NCBI GenBank assembly: GCA_949358305.1
Contig: OX442314.1
Location: forward strand, 9,672,001 to 9,736,000
DNA from: Strigamia acuminata
Lineage: Eukaryota
Length of the DNA: 64,000 nt
Direction: 5' to 3'
In this document: piece by piece, positions 1-13,735 of the stretch
Layout of the letters: each line of letters begins with the position of its first letter
Numbering within the stretch: the first letter of the stretch is position 1
Notes under the pieces: generated by a model
Told to the model about the DNA's origin: nothing
Database searches by the model: none
Seen by the model: only the letters and a program-made list of their open reading frames with translations
Made by a program: the position numbers and the translations under genes

Positions 1-32
1 TGTTCTGGTTATTTCCCAACAATGCAACAACA

Positions 33-150
33 ACAACAATCGTGTTTTAACCAAAAAACAACGATGGAAACACAACAAACGTGTTTTAACCAAGAAACAA
101 CGATGGAAACACAACAAACGTGTTTCCACAACGACCCAACAATGGAACTG
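33..150. repeat. Tandem repeat, about 39-bp unit, about 3 degenerate copies
   Basis: Unit resembling CAACAAACGTGTTTTAACCAAGAAACAACGATGGAAACA recurs; it explains ORFs 9..230 and 22..279. Confidence 0.8.
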
Positions 151-307
151 CAGCAACAATTCCAAGTTCCAACAACGCTAGAAGAATTATGGCAAGTGTT
201 GTTGTTGTTTTCTTGTTTTCTTTCTCTCATTGAAATGAATAGAAATGAATCTCGGATAATTTACCGGTGTTTGCTTTGAGGCATGTCCTCTAGCGCGACA
301 TTTTACA

Positions 308-440
308 ACAGCGACGCAATGTACAGCGAAACAATGTACAGCGACGCAATGTACAGCGACGCAATGTACAGCGAGGCAATGTACAGCGACGCAATGTACA
401 GCGAGGCAATGTACAGCGACGCAACGTACAGCGACGCAAT
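308..440. repeat. 15-bp minisatellite (CAGCGACGCAATGTA)n
   Basis: About 9 near-identical units; it produces the MYSDA repeats in ORF 283..516. Confidence 0.9.
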
Positions 441-1179
441 CATTATTCTACTGAAAAAGACTAAAAATCATAGGGAACTACTTTTCCTCGTAGCAGAAGT
501 TCAACTACAGTTCTGAGTAATCAGACTAGGCCAATGGGAGCCAAGATCCCAGGGCTCCTCTTGAGCGTGGAAAGAGTATAGTAATACTAATTTCTTTAAC
601 ATTGGCCAAGTGCGGGCAATCGAGGCTAATATTTACCGATGTAACTTTATACAGACAGAGACTTGTCAATTGTTTTTAGCCCACATTAGTGGACCATGTC
701 TTATTTGTATTCCACTGTTGTGCTAATTTAGTAAATAATAGATAATATCCTGGAAATTCCCATTAGTTTGAGTGCATATTTGTTTGAATGTGTCTCGTGT
801 TGGGGATTAATCACTTTTGTTGGTGAATTGCAGGGAAACTCAAGGTGCAAGAGATAATTTTTTAAATGTCAAACTTGGTGAGTGGTGATTAATTATCTTT
901 TTCATGATTTCCAATGGAAATGTTTTGTGTTGTTTGATTGCTTTAATTTGTACACTGTTGGAAATTGGAGGATGAGTTGTGGTGGTTCTGGCTACTGGAA
1001 TTGGTATATTTTACATTTTTTGTATCACTACCAGCGCCACAGTGGTTAAAATAGCAACTATGATTTTTTTCAATGGGCTTTGCTTGTATTTCTAGAAAAA
1101 AAGTTTAATTTTTTTTCAGTTTTTGGTAAATAAACATTTCACTTTTAACTTTACTTTTAGAATAAGAATTTTACGTTTT

Positions 1180-1330
1180 TCAACTTTTAGAGCAAAAATT
1201 TCACTTTTTTAAACTTTTAGAGCAAAAATTTCACTTTTTTCAACTTTTAGAGCAAAAATTTAATTTTTTTCAACTTTTAGAGCAAAAATTTCACTTTTTT
1301 CAACTTTTAGAGCAAAAATTTCACTTTTTA
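1180..1330. repeat. 30-bp tandem repeat
   Basis: CAACTTTTAGAGCAAAAATTTCACTTTTTT about 5 copies. Confidence 0.9.
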
Positions 1331-1467
1331 GTTTTTTTAAACTTTTTCACCAGAAATTCCACTATTTTCAACATCTAGACTAAAATTTCACAAATAAAAA
1401 TTTTTCTACTAATCTAATTAAAAAATACCACAAAAACCAAAAAATTTAAAAAACCAAATTATCAAAA

Positions 1468-1498
<31 letters not shown>

Positions 1499-1914
1499 TA
1501 AAAAAACAATCCTCATACTCATTTTTATGTGCACAAAAAGAATACCACACCACCCATCACCACATTCTCCACCACCTTCTTTCAATAACCCATAAAACAT
1601 AATTTATTACCATAACCCTTTAAACTTTTTAATTATATCAAAGCAAATTTAATGACCTCACACAAAAACAATCATCATCATCCTCCTACGTTCAAATTGT
1701 CCAAAACCTCCTTCACTTTTTTAATAACCCTTTTCCATCCCAATCTCCACTTACCAACCCGACTCGCATTACCGAAAAATAAAACAACAAAAAAAAAATC
1801 ACTCCCACTCGTGGACGAAGTCCGATATCAATCTTATCACTTTCAGCCATTGAAAAATGGCGAAAAAAGCGAAATAACAAAATATCAAAATACTTCCGCG
1901 ATCTTCACAATCGC

Positions 1915-2151
1915 CGCGTGACGTCACGCGACGTCACGACCAACCACAGCGCCGCGAAATGACATCATGCGTAGGAATAGGAGGATATATATACAGCGCG
2001 CGGCGAGTCGAGCCAACCGAGTGCAGTGTGCTGGCCGAGGCTTTTCCTCAAGCTGGCTGCATTAGTGTCCGACTGCGCCGCCGTGAGGCGTTTATACCAC
2101 GGCCAATTGTTAACACGAGCGCCCTGTTATTTCGACCGCGGCGAGCAACAG
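1915..2151 (+). promoter_or_regulatory. Putative ATF3 promoter and non-coding first exon
   Basis: CRE TGACGTCA 1919-1926, CGACGTCA 1929-1936, TGACATCA 1960-1967, TATA-like TATATATA about 1986-1993, then a GC-rich segment ending at donor CAG|GTAAGA (exon end 2151). Confidence 0.6.
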
Positions 2152-3334
2152 GTAAGATGTGATTAGATTTGTGGCTTATTTGGGTGGTTTTGTCGGTAAT
2201 TTGATTTTTGTTTGCTTGGAATTTGGATACGGGAGGAATTAAATCGTGTTTAATGGCTGGTATTTCATTGTTTTAACCCATTTGCCTGGTTTGGAGGATT
2301 TTAATGGGGCTGTAAAGTGAGTTTGTTGATTTTGGATAAATAATGGAATAATTGTTTTTTTTTTTTTTTTTTTTTGTTTTGATTGTTTTTTTTTTTTTTG
2401 AGTGTTTGTTTTCGTGGAAAGTTGAAAGTGTTTTAGAATTAATTGGTGTAAGTTTTGGGTGGTTAAACGTGGAAGGGAATGTTGTTTTTGGTTGGAATTG
2501 AACGTAAAGTTGGAATTAAGAGTGAGAAAAGTGTTATTTTTGGGGAAAATTGGGTGAAAAGTTTGGATTAAAGTGATAAAAATGTCGTTTTTGGGTTGAA
2601 ACAATGTGGAGATTTACTTTAAAAGTAAAAAAAATGTCGTTTTTGGGTTGAAACAATGTGGAAATTCACTTTAAAAGTGACAAAAATGCCGTTTATGATT
2701 AAAACAATGTGGAAATTCATTTTAAAAATGACAAAAATGCCGTTTTTGATTGAAACAATGTGGAATTCCATTTTAAAAATGACAAAAATGTCTATTTTGA
2801 TTGAAACAATATGAAAATTTGCATTAAAAGTGTCAAAAACGTCGTTTGTGATTGAAACAGTATGAAAATTTACTTTAAAAGTGACAAAAATGCCGTTTTT
2901 GATTAAAACAATACGAAAATTTTCATCAAAAGTGCCAAAAACATCATTTGTGATCTGAAACAACATGAAAATCTCCAACTTTTCATCCAAAATGATCGTT
3001 TCAACACATTAACGTCTCCCACACCCATCAAAACAAGCCGAAACACAACTTTTTTCCGCACTAACCAATCAATCAATCATTTCATTACACCTCTCTTCAC
3101 TCCTCAAAAACTCTCATCAATTTTCCCCTATCAACAACTAACTAAAAAAAATTCGAAAAAAAAATATAAAAATTTAAATTTAAAATTATTCTAATTTAAA
3201 AACCCAAAAAAAAAAACCAAAAAAATCAACTTTGAAAAAAAAAAATTTTTTTCTTCGCAGCACCTTCCTCACCCCTTTCCTTCCGTTTCGAATCCATCTC
3301 GCACTCAGGGACACTCCTAACCTCACTATTGGCC

Positions 3335-3935
3335 ATCCAAAGGTCACCTGACGTCACTTTGACGTCTCCAAACACGCGCGCGACCAAAAACCAATCGAAA
3401 TCTGACCACGAGGCCAATCAAACACAAAAAAAACCAAAAAAAAAAAAAAATCCGCCATTTTGAATTTTCAAAAACCCAATAAAAATCCAAAAAAAAAAAC
3501 CACCATTTTGAATTTTCAAAAACACAAAAACAAACCGCCAGGGTGAGTAATTTCCACTTCAAAAAAAGAAATCGAAAGCTAAAACGATCCAACCAAGGTC
3601 CACCAAGAGGGAAGTGAAGTTGTAAGGTTTCTCCCATCAGCCCCACCTATTGCTCATTTCGTGACGTCAATATGACGTTTTTCCAAGGCCAAAATTTTTT
3701 TTATTTTTTTTTTATTGTTTAAACGATGCGGGGGGGTGTTAAAACTGACGTCCCCAAGACGGATATGCAAATTAGGGGCCGTTTTAGGGGTGGAAAAGGG
3801 GGATTTTGGAGGCGAAATGGGTTTTGTTTTGTTTGCGTATTTATTTATTTATTCAGAGCGAGTTCATTTCGGGTTTGATTTGGGGAGGGGGAAGGTGGAC
3901 GAGGCGGTTTGTGAGCTCGAATGTCAAAGGTCAAG
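3335..3935. promoter_or_regulatory. Intronic cluster of CRE and NBRE-like sites (candidate enhancer)
   Basis: TGACGTCA at 3349-3356 and 3662-3669, further TGACGT half-sites, and AAAGGTCA at 3339-3346 and 3926-3933. Confidence 0.45.
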
Positions 3936-5662
3936 GCGGGTGCGGGCTACTCCAACGCAATTTGACGCCCACGCGTGCAATTCCCGCAATAGTAAAGTTC
4001 AATTAACACTTGTGGGTTCGTTGTATGGGGGAGAGATTATGTGCGTCCTGGCGGCGATCGTGGTAACTTTTTCAGACATTTTGATTTTTTAAGTTCTATT
4101 TTTTTTTTAATTTTATTTTTTTTTATTAATTTTTTTAAATTAATTTTTTTAATTAATTTTTTTGTAATTTTTTTTGTAATTTTTTTTTTGGGTTGTTTGT
4201 TTATTTTCTATTTATTCGATTAATCGACCAGATTAAGAATTGAAAAAAAAATTGGAGCAATTACTTGGCATGTGCAGAAATAACAACAAAAACGGTCTAA
4301 ATTCGGTCTAAAATCGATCAAATAAAGCCGAAATTGAATTAAAAGTTTAAAAAAAATAACAATCGGTCTAAAGCCTCAACAAAATAAATTTTTGGTCTAT
4401 AATCGACCAAATAAGGACGAAAATGCCTAAATTAGGTATCAATGACTAAAAAAAATTGAAATTTAGTCTAAAAAGCGATAAAATAAGGCCTTAATTGGGT
4501 TTTAAAGCCTAAAAAAGTAAAATTGACAAAATAGGGTTTTATAGTTGGGTTTTAAAGCCTAAAAAGTAAAAATTCGGTCTAAAAGCAATCAAATGAAGCC
4601 TAAAAAGTGAAAAATCGGTCTAAAAGCAACCAAATAAAGCCTAAAAAGTGAAATATCGTCTAAAAGCAACCAAATGAAGCCTAAAAAGTGAAAAATCGGT
4701 CTAAAAGCAACCAAATAAAGCCTAAATTTGGTTTTAATGCCTAAACATTCCACCAAATAAGGTCTAAAACAAATTTAAGCTACAACCCAATCAAAATTAG
4801 GCCTACATTATGCATCTCGCCTTAAAATCCATCCCAATTGACCTAAATTTGTCTTTAAAGCCTAAAAACCCCACCAAATAGGCCTACAAATTAATTAAAA
4901 ACCATAAACTAATCAAAATTGGACCGAAACTACGCTTAAAAACCATCTCAACTAGGCCTAAATCAAACTTCAAATGCTTCCTTAGTGTTGTATGTAAATA
5001 GGCCTAACCCAACACGTGCTTCATAACGACGGCACCTTTAAACCTCAATCCAAATCCAAATCAGATAGCGGATGATGATTATGCCAATTTCCAACACGTT
5101 TGGTGTCAACAAAACTGTTACCCAACACGCGGCCATGCATATGTAACAGACACATGTAATAATTACATTTTAATGGACAAAAGTGACAGTTTTTCTATAA
5201 ATAAACCTGTTGCAAACCTTTGACCTTGCAGTGAAGCCAATTAGTCAGCAGATTTGGATGAGATTTGATTTTCTGCTCGATTATGATTATCACCAATTGT
5301 GAAATGAAGAGTCGAGATAATCAAGTGTAATCAAAACATGGAGAGAGATTGTTGCTTTTGGCAGTCATTTTTTCACTTGGGTTAGGCTTAAATCATAAAG
5401 AAAACCTTAACCTTAAACCTCAATCAAGTTGGGAAGACATGTTTATGAGTGTGAGTTGCATAGGCCTATTTTAATAACAATATATTTGCAGTGGCAAAGA
5501 GGGAAATGAATCCAATTTGTGTGCTTGTTATTAAGTCGTTTTTCAAATAAATTATTAATTTCTTTCGAGTGCAAGATGCCATTTTGCATTTTTAATTTCT
5601 CGTTGTTTGGGCAAATTGGCAGTTCAAGGCCTATTTCCAAGGAAAATTTCTTGCATTACGAG

Positions 5663-6321
5663 TAGGCATGTGCGTTATTCACAAAATAACGTAACACGTT
5701 ATTGCTGCATTAATAGAGAGTTTGCGGGATGCATTTTTCCCTTACAGTTAAAGACTATACGGTATAAAAATAGTGTAAGGAAATAATAATAAATTAAGTT
5801 TTTGCGGGCTGCACTTTTCCCTTATCACTAAACTATTTCAGCCAACTACTGAAGTTAGTAATTTTGGGCCTAAAAATTCAATTTGGGGGCGTAAATGTGC
5901 AAATTTCTGCATAAAATTCCATTATTATGCCTATAAAGTATGGTTTTGGGTCTAAAATTCAATTTTGGGCCTCAGTTATCATTCAATCGACGTACCTATG
6001 ACTGTGATGTATTTGATCGGGACAACAAAATAATCGCCATTTGCAATGGGCGGAGCTAACAATATAGTGTTCTCAATTCTGATTGGCTGCGCTATATTTT
6101 AATTTAGTGTTGAAAACGATACACTAAAGATTTTTTCCTTACGATATGGCACTAAAATAGTGTATCGTGGAGCAAAATAAGGGAAAAATGCATCCCGCAA
6201 ACTCTATTGCGTTGTTCGGCGTTGTCGCAAATAACGCAATGCGTTATTCCGGCAATAATGCGTTGCGTTATCGCCAAAAAAAATAACGTTGGGCCTTATT
6301 TTGGCAACGCGCACACACCTA
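5663..6321. mobile_element. hAT-type MITE containing a nested MITE
   Basis: Ends TAGGCATGTGCG / CGCACACACCTA; 8-bp flanks ATTACGAG (5655-5662) and ATTATGAG (6322-6329). Confidence 0.6.
5717..6205. mobile_element. MITE with 28-bp perfect TIRs, nested in the element above
   Basis: AGAGTTTGCGGGATGCATTTTTCCCTTA at 5717-5744 and its reverse complement at 6178-6205. Confidence 0.7.
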
Positions 6322-6794
6322 ATTATGAGCCCAATTTTTGGCCCAATTTATTGCATTCAGGTCCAGCCATTTTGTTTTCTTTTCCTTAATCAATTTCTGA
6401 TTTGCAGCGCAGAAATAAATCCACTCTAATGTTACCAATTCCCACCATAAACTCACTTAAAACTCAATCATTATCAGCAACCATAAATCAAAAAACACAC
6501 TTAAACACCATCAATTCAACACTTTATGACTAGTATGACACAGTTACAAATTGCACACCTTCACCTTTAACACTTCACGTAACCCTCTTTTTTAATAAAA
6601 TAAATATAAATATCTCTAACGTGATTCCGAGATTGGCGGAGTCTCTTGTGAACGTGATCAACGGTCTAGGTTTATGTTGCACGCCCTCTTATTTTAACAC
6701 TTTCCACAAACCGTTTGACCCAATTCCGCAAGATAGATGGCGGCCGGGCAAATAGTTTGCTTTTTACTTATTTATTTTATTCGTCGACTGATAC

Positions 6795-6971
6795 GGGTAA
6801 TGATTAATAGGGACAGACGCGGGCGTTCGTATTGCGGCTCTAGACGTGAAATTCTTAGACCGTTGTTAGACGAACTACTGCGAAAGCGTTTGCCGAGAAT
6901 ATTTTCATTAATCGAGAACGAAAGTTAGAGGTTCGAAGATGAGCATTTACCGCCCTAGTTCTAATCATAAA
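6795..6971 (+). pseudogene. Degenerate 18S rRNA fragment (about 175 bp, central part of the gene) in an ATF3 intron
   Basis: Recognisable 18S blocks GTAATGATTAATAGGGACAG, GTGAAATTCTT, CTGCGAAAGC, TTTTCATTAATC, GAACGAAAGTTAGAGGTTCGAAG and TACCGCCCTAGTTCTAA, with many substitutions and no flanking rDNA. Confidence 0.9.
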
Positions 6972-7186
6972 AGACCGATATGGGAATGAACGTTTATTTC
7001 CTGACATTGAAAGTATTAGACGCTTTCGGTGTAACTATAAAAGGCAAAAGCAGAAGACGAAAACATGACTACGCTATGAAATGAACTGCTTAAATATCAC
7101 TCCAGTTGTTTCTGCAAATGAATTAAAATTATGTATTTGTCTTTTGCATTGTCAGGCCAACTATCAACAACCTTGAAGAAAGTGAG

Positions 7187-10100
7187 ATGATAACCATGTA
7201 TCCCATGTACACCATGCCTGTCTACCACAGTGGCTACCCCTTCGATGGGAATGAATGTGCACCGTCGGAGTTAGGCTTAAATGACTTCACTTATAGTGAG
7301 ATTGATACTGTAGGTTATCAGATACCCGCAATTGAAACGGACAATAATCAACCGGCAGCAGCTGCTCCACGTAAGTCTTTACATCATCTTTTTTCACTTT
7401 TAAGTGCCAAACGAAGCTCTAACCCAGTAGTTCCCAAACTATGTGCCGCGGCAGGCCTACCGGCATGCTGGACTAACTTGCAGGGGCACCGTGACCTCCT
7501 ACAGGGGCGACGTGAACTAAAAAACCTTGGGAACCACTACTCTAAAGGTCTAAACTAGGCTAGCCTACATTAAGTTGAGATGATATTGCCTACAAAATGA
7601 TTAGGATAATGAGTTCACACCCACATATCCAGGCCGGCATCATTTGCCAATAGACAATCAACTGACCCTACATAAGCAATTGATGTTGCGTCTGGCCAAT
7701 CAGATGGTTTCAATGAAACCTGGAATTGGATCTAGTTCTAGAACTAGTTCCAGAATCCAAAAATGGCGGCCTGTTTGCATGTGGCAAAGTCTCACCAACC
7801 AGACGTGAATCGACGAGAGTTGGAGTCGATCGTGATTGGTTTAAGCAACATAACCATCCTCTGCTACCAATTGGCGTCAACGTCAAGAATTTTTGGACGC
7901 GTCAGTTTTCTTGCGTTGCGTCTAGTGTGAACGCAAGTGCGAACCTAGCTTTAGCTTAGCTCAATTACTTTTGCGCAAACAAGGTGTAGCAGTCAGAGCT
8001 TGCAAGCAATACTGTACTGTACTGTGCAGAGTCTTCATGAATCATCCTGCACGTGTAGTTTAACTTAACTTGCAAGTGAAGTCAAAATTGACATCCTGTG
8101 GGTTGAAGTGATAAAACTTATCTGGGTTCCAAAGGGTTAATCTGTTGCCAGATGACAATCAAGGTAAACCTAAGGAAGAATAAGACTATTTTTATCCGTT
8201 ATGTTAATGTTCTCCTCCGAATACTTAACCCACACAAAAATTGGTTTGCCAACTTTCTATTTATACGGATTATACCCACTAGTTGCAATCTTACATCAGG
8301 AATATCATGGAATGCAAATAGGTGAGATCCGATTTAGACAAAACAACTACGGACTACAATAGGCCTAATGCTGCCAATTCGTGTTTCTACCTGGAGACAC
8401 AGTGCGTACAATTTGTCTCAAGCTGATCAAAACAGAGTATCCTCTAACATTAAATTAACCCTTGGAGGCGTAAGGGTAAAATGTGCCGTTTTGGTATAAG
8501 CCATTACGGATTTATGGACAATTTTCAGGTCAATTAGTTGAAGCGCTGTTTAGGTTTTTTGTAGCTTTTTACTAAATTTATATGCAATGGTTTTTCTCAA
8601 TCGGGGGCAACTATTGATGCAATCCGTACAAAATGTTTCTTTTTTTTGTTTTTACAGACAATTGCCATGATCTCGCAATGAACTTTCCAGATCCAGCACT
8701 TGCCTCTTCACCCCCAACTGACATCTGTACATATCATAGACCAATATCACCCTCTGCTTCCAACCAGGTGCAGCAGATAGAAAGTCAATTGATTAAAGAA
8801 ACGCTCAAAAACACCATCCATCAGAAAAGAAAGCACAATTGCAGCACATTTGCTTACCTGATGCCATCAAAAGAAGAATTGCCATGGCCAAACAATTGCT
8901 GCATTAACTCCATCAGCTCATCATCCAATGATTCTCACTATGGTGCCAACCTGGTAAATAAACAATGTCTTTCAGTTTGAATTACAAACTCAATTCTGTT
9001 GTTTGGAAACTAAGTTCCAAGAAATGGAATCTGGGTTTTAACTGTTTGGTATTACATTTAGTGCTGGGACTTCCTGTTGGCATAGATATAAAGTGAAAGT
9101 GGTGCACAAATAGTTATGTTTTATGTGATTATCAAATCAATTTTCCTTTTTTGCCATTATGTTTAGTTAAACGTGTTTTCCCAAGACAGTTAAGCAATAT
9201 CTTTATTTGCACTTTTATATCTAAAAAGTGCATTTCTGCTTCTAAAAGATGCATTTTTGTATCTAAAAAGTGCATTTCTGCATCTGAAAATGCATTATTG
9301 CATAAAAAAGTGCATTTCTGTATCTAAAAGTTGCATTTTTGAATATAAAAGTGCTTTTTTGCCTTTAAAAATTCATATTTTAGTCTAAAAAGATCATTTT
9401 TTATTCATAAAAGTGCATTTTTTATTCTTAAAAGTGCATTTTTCAGTTTAAAAAATGCGATTTTCAGTTTAAAAAGTGCATTTTTCAGTGTCAAAAGTGC
9501 ATTTCTCAGTCTTAAAATTGCAATTTTGCATGAAAAAATGCCTTTTTCCAGTAGAATATGCACTTCTACTATTTAGAAAGTATATTTTTGCATATTTAAG
9601 TGCATTTTTTTCCTCAACAGCACAACTCCACATTTGTGCACACTTGATTTTTAAGTTTGCAGTATTGAAGGTTAAGTTTTAAATTCATTAAAATGTCAAC
9701 AGTCATTACCTTGTCTGATACCAACTTGTTTACTTTGATTATTTATTATAGTTATTATGACCCTTCATGATATGTTACACATAAATAAACACATCATGAT
9801 TCTTATAAAGTAAAAAAAAAATTATAAAAAATTATAAAAACTTTAAACCAAATTTTATGCAATTTAAAAATCACCAAAATCTAATTATGCAAAAATGTAG
9901 AAGACAAAAAGTGAAAATATAATTTCTAATTATAATTCCCATTATTATTACAAATGTGATTATTGGATTCATAACAGATTATTGTGGAATGTCTTTTTAT
10001 ACTTTTTCCATTATTTTGCAATTATTATCTAATTTTTTTCCCCAAAAATGATAAAATTGTTGATAATGGATTGAAGCAGACAATAAATTTGAAAAATTTG

Positions 10101-13100
10101 GATTATTTTTTCTATTATTTTTTTTATTTATTTATTTTTTTTCATTTAAAATAATTATTTGTTTCCACCTGGTTTTACCTGTAGTTTTTTTTTTAAACTC
10201 GATTTTTTTTAAACATCAGTTGAGCCACTTCGTGACTAGCATTATGTGCACGTAATTAACAGTAGTCGGGCATATATCAAACTCATGACATTAATGAAAA
10301 GATAATTCCAACCCGTTTAACATTGATACGGGGTTAAAATGGGGCAGAAGAAAAATGTGCTGCACCTCCCATAATTGCCGATCTTGAATATTGAACAAAA
10401 AGTTATCAAATTTTGTTTAAATTCTCAAAATTTGTCGGAAATTCTCAAAGTTTGTCGCAAATTCTCAAAATTTGTCGGAAATTCTCAAAATTTGTCGCAA
10501 ATTCTCAAAATTTGTCGGAAATTCTCAAAATTTGTCGGAAATTCTCAAAATTTGTCGCAAATTATCAAAATTTGTCGCAAATTCTCAAAATTTGTCGCAA
10601 ATTCTCAAAATTTGTCGCAAATTCTCAAAATTTGTCGCAAATTCTCAAAATTTGTCGCAAATTCTCAAAATTTGTCGCAAATTCTCAAAATTTGTCGCAA
10701 ATTCTCAAAATTTGTCGCAAATTCTCAAAATTTGTCGCAAATTCTCAAAATTTGTCGCAAATTCTCAAAATTTGTCGCAAACTCTCAAAATTTGTCGCAA
10801 ACTCTCAAAATTTGTCGCAAATTCTCAAAAATTATCAAAAAGTATCAAAAATTATCATAAATTCTCAAATTTTATTAAAAATTATCAAAAACTCAAAAAT
10901 TTCAAGAGATTGAATGAAAAAATCCTAAAACTTCCCCGAAAAAAAAACACAATTTCTTCAAACCCTCAACCCAGACATTAAAAACACCTCTCCACCCCAA
11001 ATCCTCTCCTAAACAAACCAAAAACCTTTTCTCACGAACTCATTCTCATGCTCCCATCCACAGTTAACGCCTGAAGACGAAGAAAAGCGAACGAAGCGCC
11101 GGGAACGAAACAAAATCGCAGCCACAAAATGCCGGATGAAGAAGAAAGAAAAAGCCCAAATCCTCGTTCAGGTAAAATGAACACATCTTCCCATTTTCCC
11201 ACATTCTCCCACCTCCGCCATCAATTCATCATTATCTACCCAAGGCCGATTCCCAACACCCAAGTAGGTTAACTGGCCGCCATCTTGCACTATCAACAAC
11301 TCTCCGTTGTTGGGCAAACAAACACAAAGGACGTGCAAATGTAAACACATTTTTTTAAAACAAATTTAAATTGACAGGAATGAATGATGGGGAATGTGTA
11401 AAAAGACCTAGTTTGGTAGGGTTAAAGTCGTGCGGTGAAGGAAACCTTTGAAAAGACCTCGGTGATCATTCATTTTTTATGTTTATGCCTGGTTGCCCTC
11501 TAGTGTGACAACAGATATTAATTTTAATTTTCGGATGTTGTTAATGAGATAGGACTTTTTTCCTCGTCGCTTACAAATTGCCTGCACGTCCGAAGAAGAA
11601 TGAAATAAATTCTTCGGAGGTTTTTTAACTTACGGGAAGGGATATACCACAAGTGAGGAAGTGAAATTTGTTTCCTAATTCACTCACTAGGTTCTAGGTG
11701 CCCATCTGCATCATCTGCTGGTACATAGGGTTAGGATAAACGAATAAATGCATAGAAATTTTTTTTTTTCAATAAAAAGCCGAAATTGGCTATAAATGCA
11801 TATTTTCGGAAAATCAGAAATAAAAGCATAAATCTCTATTTTTCTGGGAAAAACGGCGATTTGTGTCTTTTGTTAACGATAATTAACATGTACGTATCAA
11901 TTTTTGCCTTTTTTTAAGACACGTATCGTGTACGTAAGATTACGTTTGGAAAACTGAGGACTTTTCCAAAAACTGGCACTAGGGAAAATCACTAAATTAG
12001 TGTCTGGAAAAAATTTTAAGAAATAAACAACCTAGGAGACTCACCTTGCAGGGGAAGCGTGTACTAAAAGAGGTCTGCCCACCACAAGAGAATTCCGGTT
12101 ATATTTGAGTACCCCTTGTACAGTCGTGGACAAAAAAAACTTCCCTTCTGTTTAAATGTTTTAAGTTTATCTATCATTATTTGCCCGGTCTATCTTTTAA
12201 TACTGTTGTTAAGGTAAGACGAGAGACCGAGTCACGATTGATGTCATTGAATCTCAATGGATTTTTATGCCACCTGGTAGATAAAATTATTTAATTTGTA
12301 CAAGTTAAAAAGTGGGTGTTCACACTAGGGGGAATGTTTTGTAGAAATAACTGACTTTTTACTAGGTGTAAATAATGCATTCCGAAAAAAATTGTAGATT
12401 GGTTAGGTCTGGCAAAATGTTGTCCACGGAAAGGTAGGGGTTTGCACTAGGCATCACATCTTTACAAAACCTTTCCGGCAGTTCTTATTTGTTGGCCAAT
12501 TCCGATCATTTTTTCATGATCCATTTTTTCATAATCCATTTCTGCGCTTAATTCATCAGTTTTTGGTCATTTTTGCACTTAATTCATCAAAAGTTTGAGA
12601 CGTTTGGACATTTGGGACTCAATCCTATCTACAATCCGCACTCGGTTTGAATTGAATGAGGATAGGATTGGATGGATGACCATTTTTCTTCCGGATAGGA
12701 TTGGATAATTAGTTTATCCGTCCGAAATTTTTTGGATTCGAACCGATTCAAACGCACCCTTAATTAAAACAGTCGAAAGACCTTTGCTAAAATCGCATAT
12801 TTAATTTGTCATTTAATCCTTTAGAATAAATTTCCTTTAATTATTTTCTCACTTCTGACAACTAATTTATAAATTTCTTTATCGTTCAGGAAGCGGCAAA
12901 TCAGGAAAGCATCAACAACAGTCTCAAAAAAGAAATAGAAGATCTAAAAGCCGAACGTAGGAAGCTATCGGCAACCCTCGACAACCACGCCGGCCAATGC
13001 CAATTCCTCAACGAACTATCACCACACCAACATCAAGACTACTACAATCCCTCCAACAATACTCTCACAGTCAATGTTAATTTTGAATATGCACAATTCA

Positions 13101-13120
13101 ACCATGAATCTAGCTTCTGA
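7187..13120 (+). CDS. ATF3: ATF3/JDP2-family bZIP transcription factor, about 272 aa; coding exons 7187-7370, 8658-8953, 11064-11171, 12890-13120
   Basis: Basic region LTPEDEEKRTKRRERNKIAATKCRMKKKEK, zipper ..NNSLKKEIEDLKAERRKLSATLDNH, and the upstream ATF3-type LIKETLKNTIHQKRK motif. All introns are GT-AG with compatible phases (1,0,0). The start codon is less certain. Confidence 0.88.
7425..7539. mobile_element. Short hAT-Charlie-like MITE
   Basis: CAGTAGTTCCCAAAC ... TTGGGAACCACTA ends; flanks CTCTAACC / CTCTAAAG (imperfect 8-bp TSD). Confidence 0.65.
9215..9560. repeat. Degenerate minisatellite, about 21-bp unit
   Basis: Recurring TAAAAAGTGCATTT core. Confidence 0.75.
10421..10830. repeat. 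20-bp minisatellite (ATTCTCAAAATTTGTCGCAA)n
   Basis: About 20 near-identical units; source of three spurious ORFs. Confidence 0.95.
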
Positions 13121-13556
13121 CCCATCCTGGGCATCAAATTACTTACATTCTCCGTCATCTTCAGCAAAATCTCATGTTGGACATTGGAAATTGATTGCAG
13201 AGGTTATGTCATTGAGATTCCTTTCTGTTGGAATTCTCTGATTTTGTCAAATGTGTTTGTTTGATGTTGGGCCAAATTAATGCCAGTCAGTGAATCACCT
13301 CTCTTCATTTAGACCTTAGTGGACTACCCATGAGTGTATAAATAGATCAGTTTTGAATGCTTAACAACCCTTCTGTCCTTGCATCAAAACACCGCATGAC
13401 TAACACTAACTTTACACGCCAGGAAATTTCCCAGGATTCCCCATTCAAAGGACACTTAAACATAAACTAGAGTAGCTAACAATGTGCACGGTTAGTTTTT
13501 TCGGTAACCCCGCCATCTTTTCCATACACAACTAAACCTCAATGTTGACATGGAAC

Positions 13557-13735
13557 CAGGGGCGGATCTAGCATAGGGCTAATGGAGCTTGAGTCCCGGG
13601 CCCCCAAATTGTAGGTGGCCCCGAAAGGTCGCTGTAAAAAAGAAAAAAGAAGAAAGATTGCTATTAAAAATTTTGATAAAGGGCCCCCGAAAAAACCTCA
13701 AGCCCCGGGCCCCCGAAAAGCTAGATCCGCCCCTG
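13557..13735. mobile_element. hAT-type MITE downstream of the ATF3 stop (probable 3' UTR)
   Basis: Perfect 16-bp TIR CAGGGGCGGATCTAGC; perfect 8-bp TSD CATGGAAC at 13549-13556 and 13736-13743. Confidence 0.92.

Noticed and set aside
9..516. Repetitive ORFs (QQTCF, MYSDA)
   Set aside because: Products of 39-bp and 15-bp tandem repeats; no splice or domain support, though context left of the window is unseen.
6737..6928. 63-aa ORF or functional rRNA gene
   Set aside because: The ORF is a chance reading of the 18S fragment, which is too short and mutated to be a functional rRNA.
10375..10981. Three overlapping ORFs of 160-170 aa
   Set aside because: They are translations of a stop-free 20-bp minisatellite inside an ATF3 intron.
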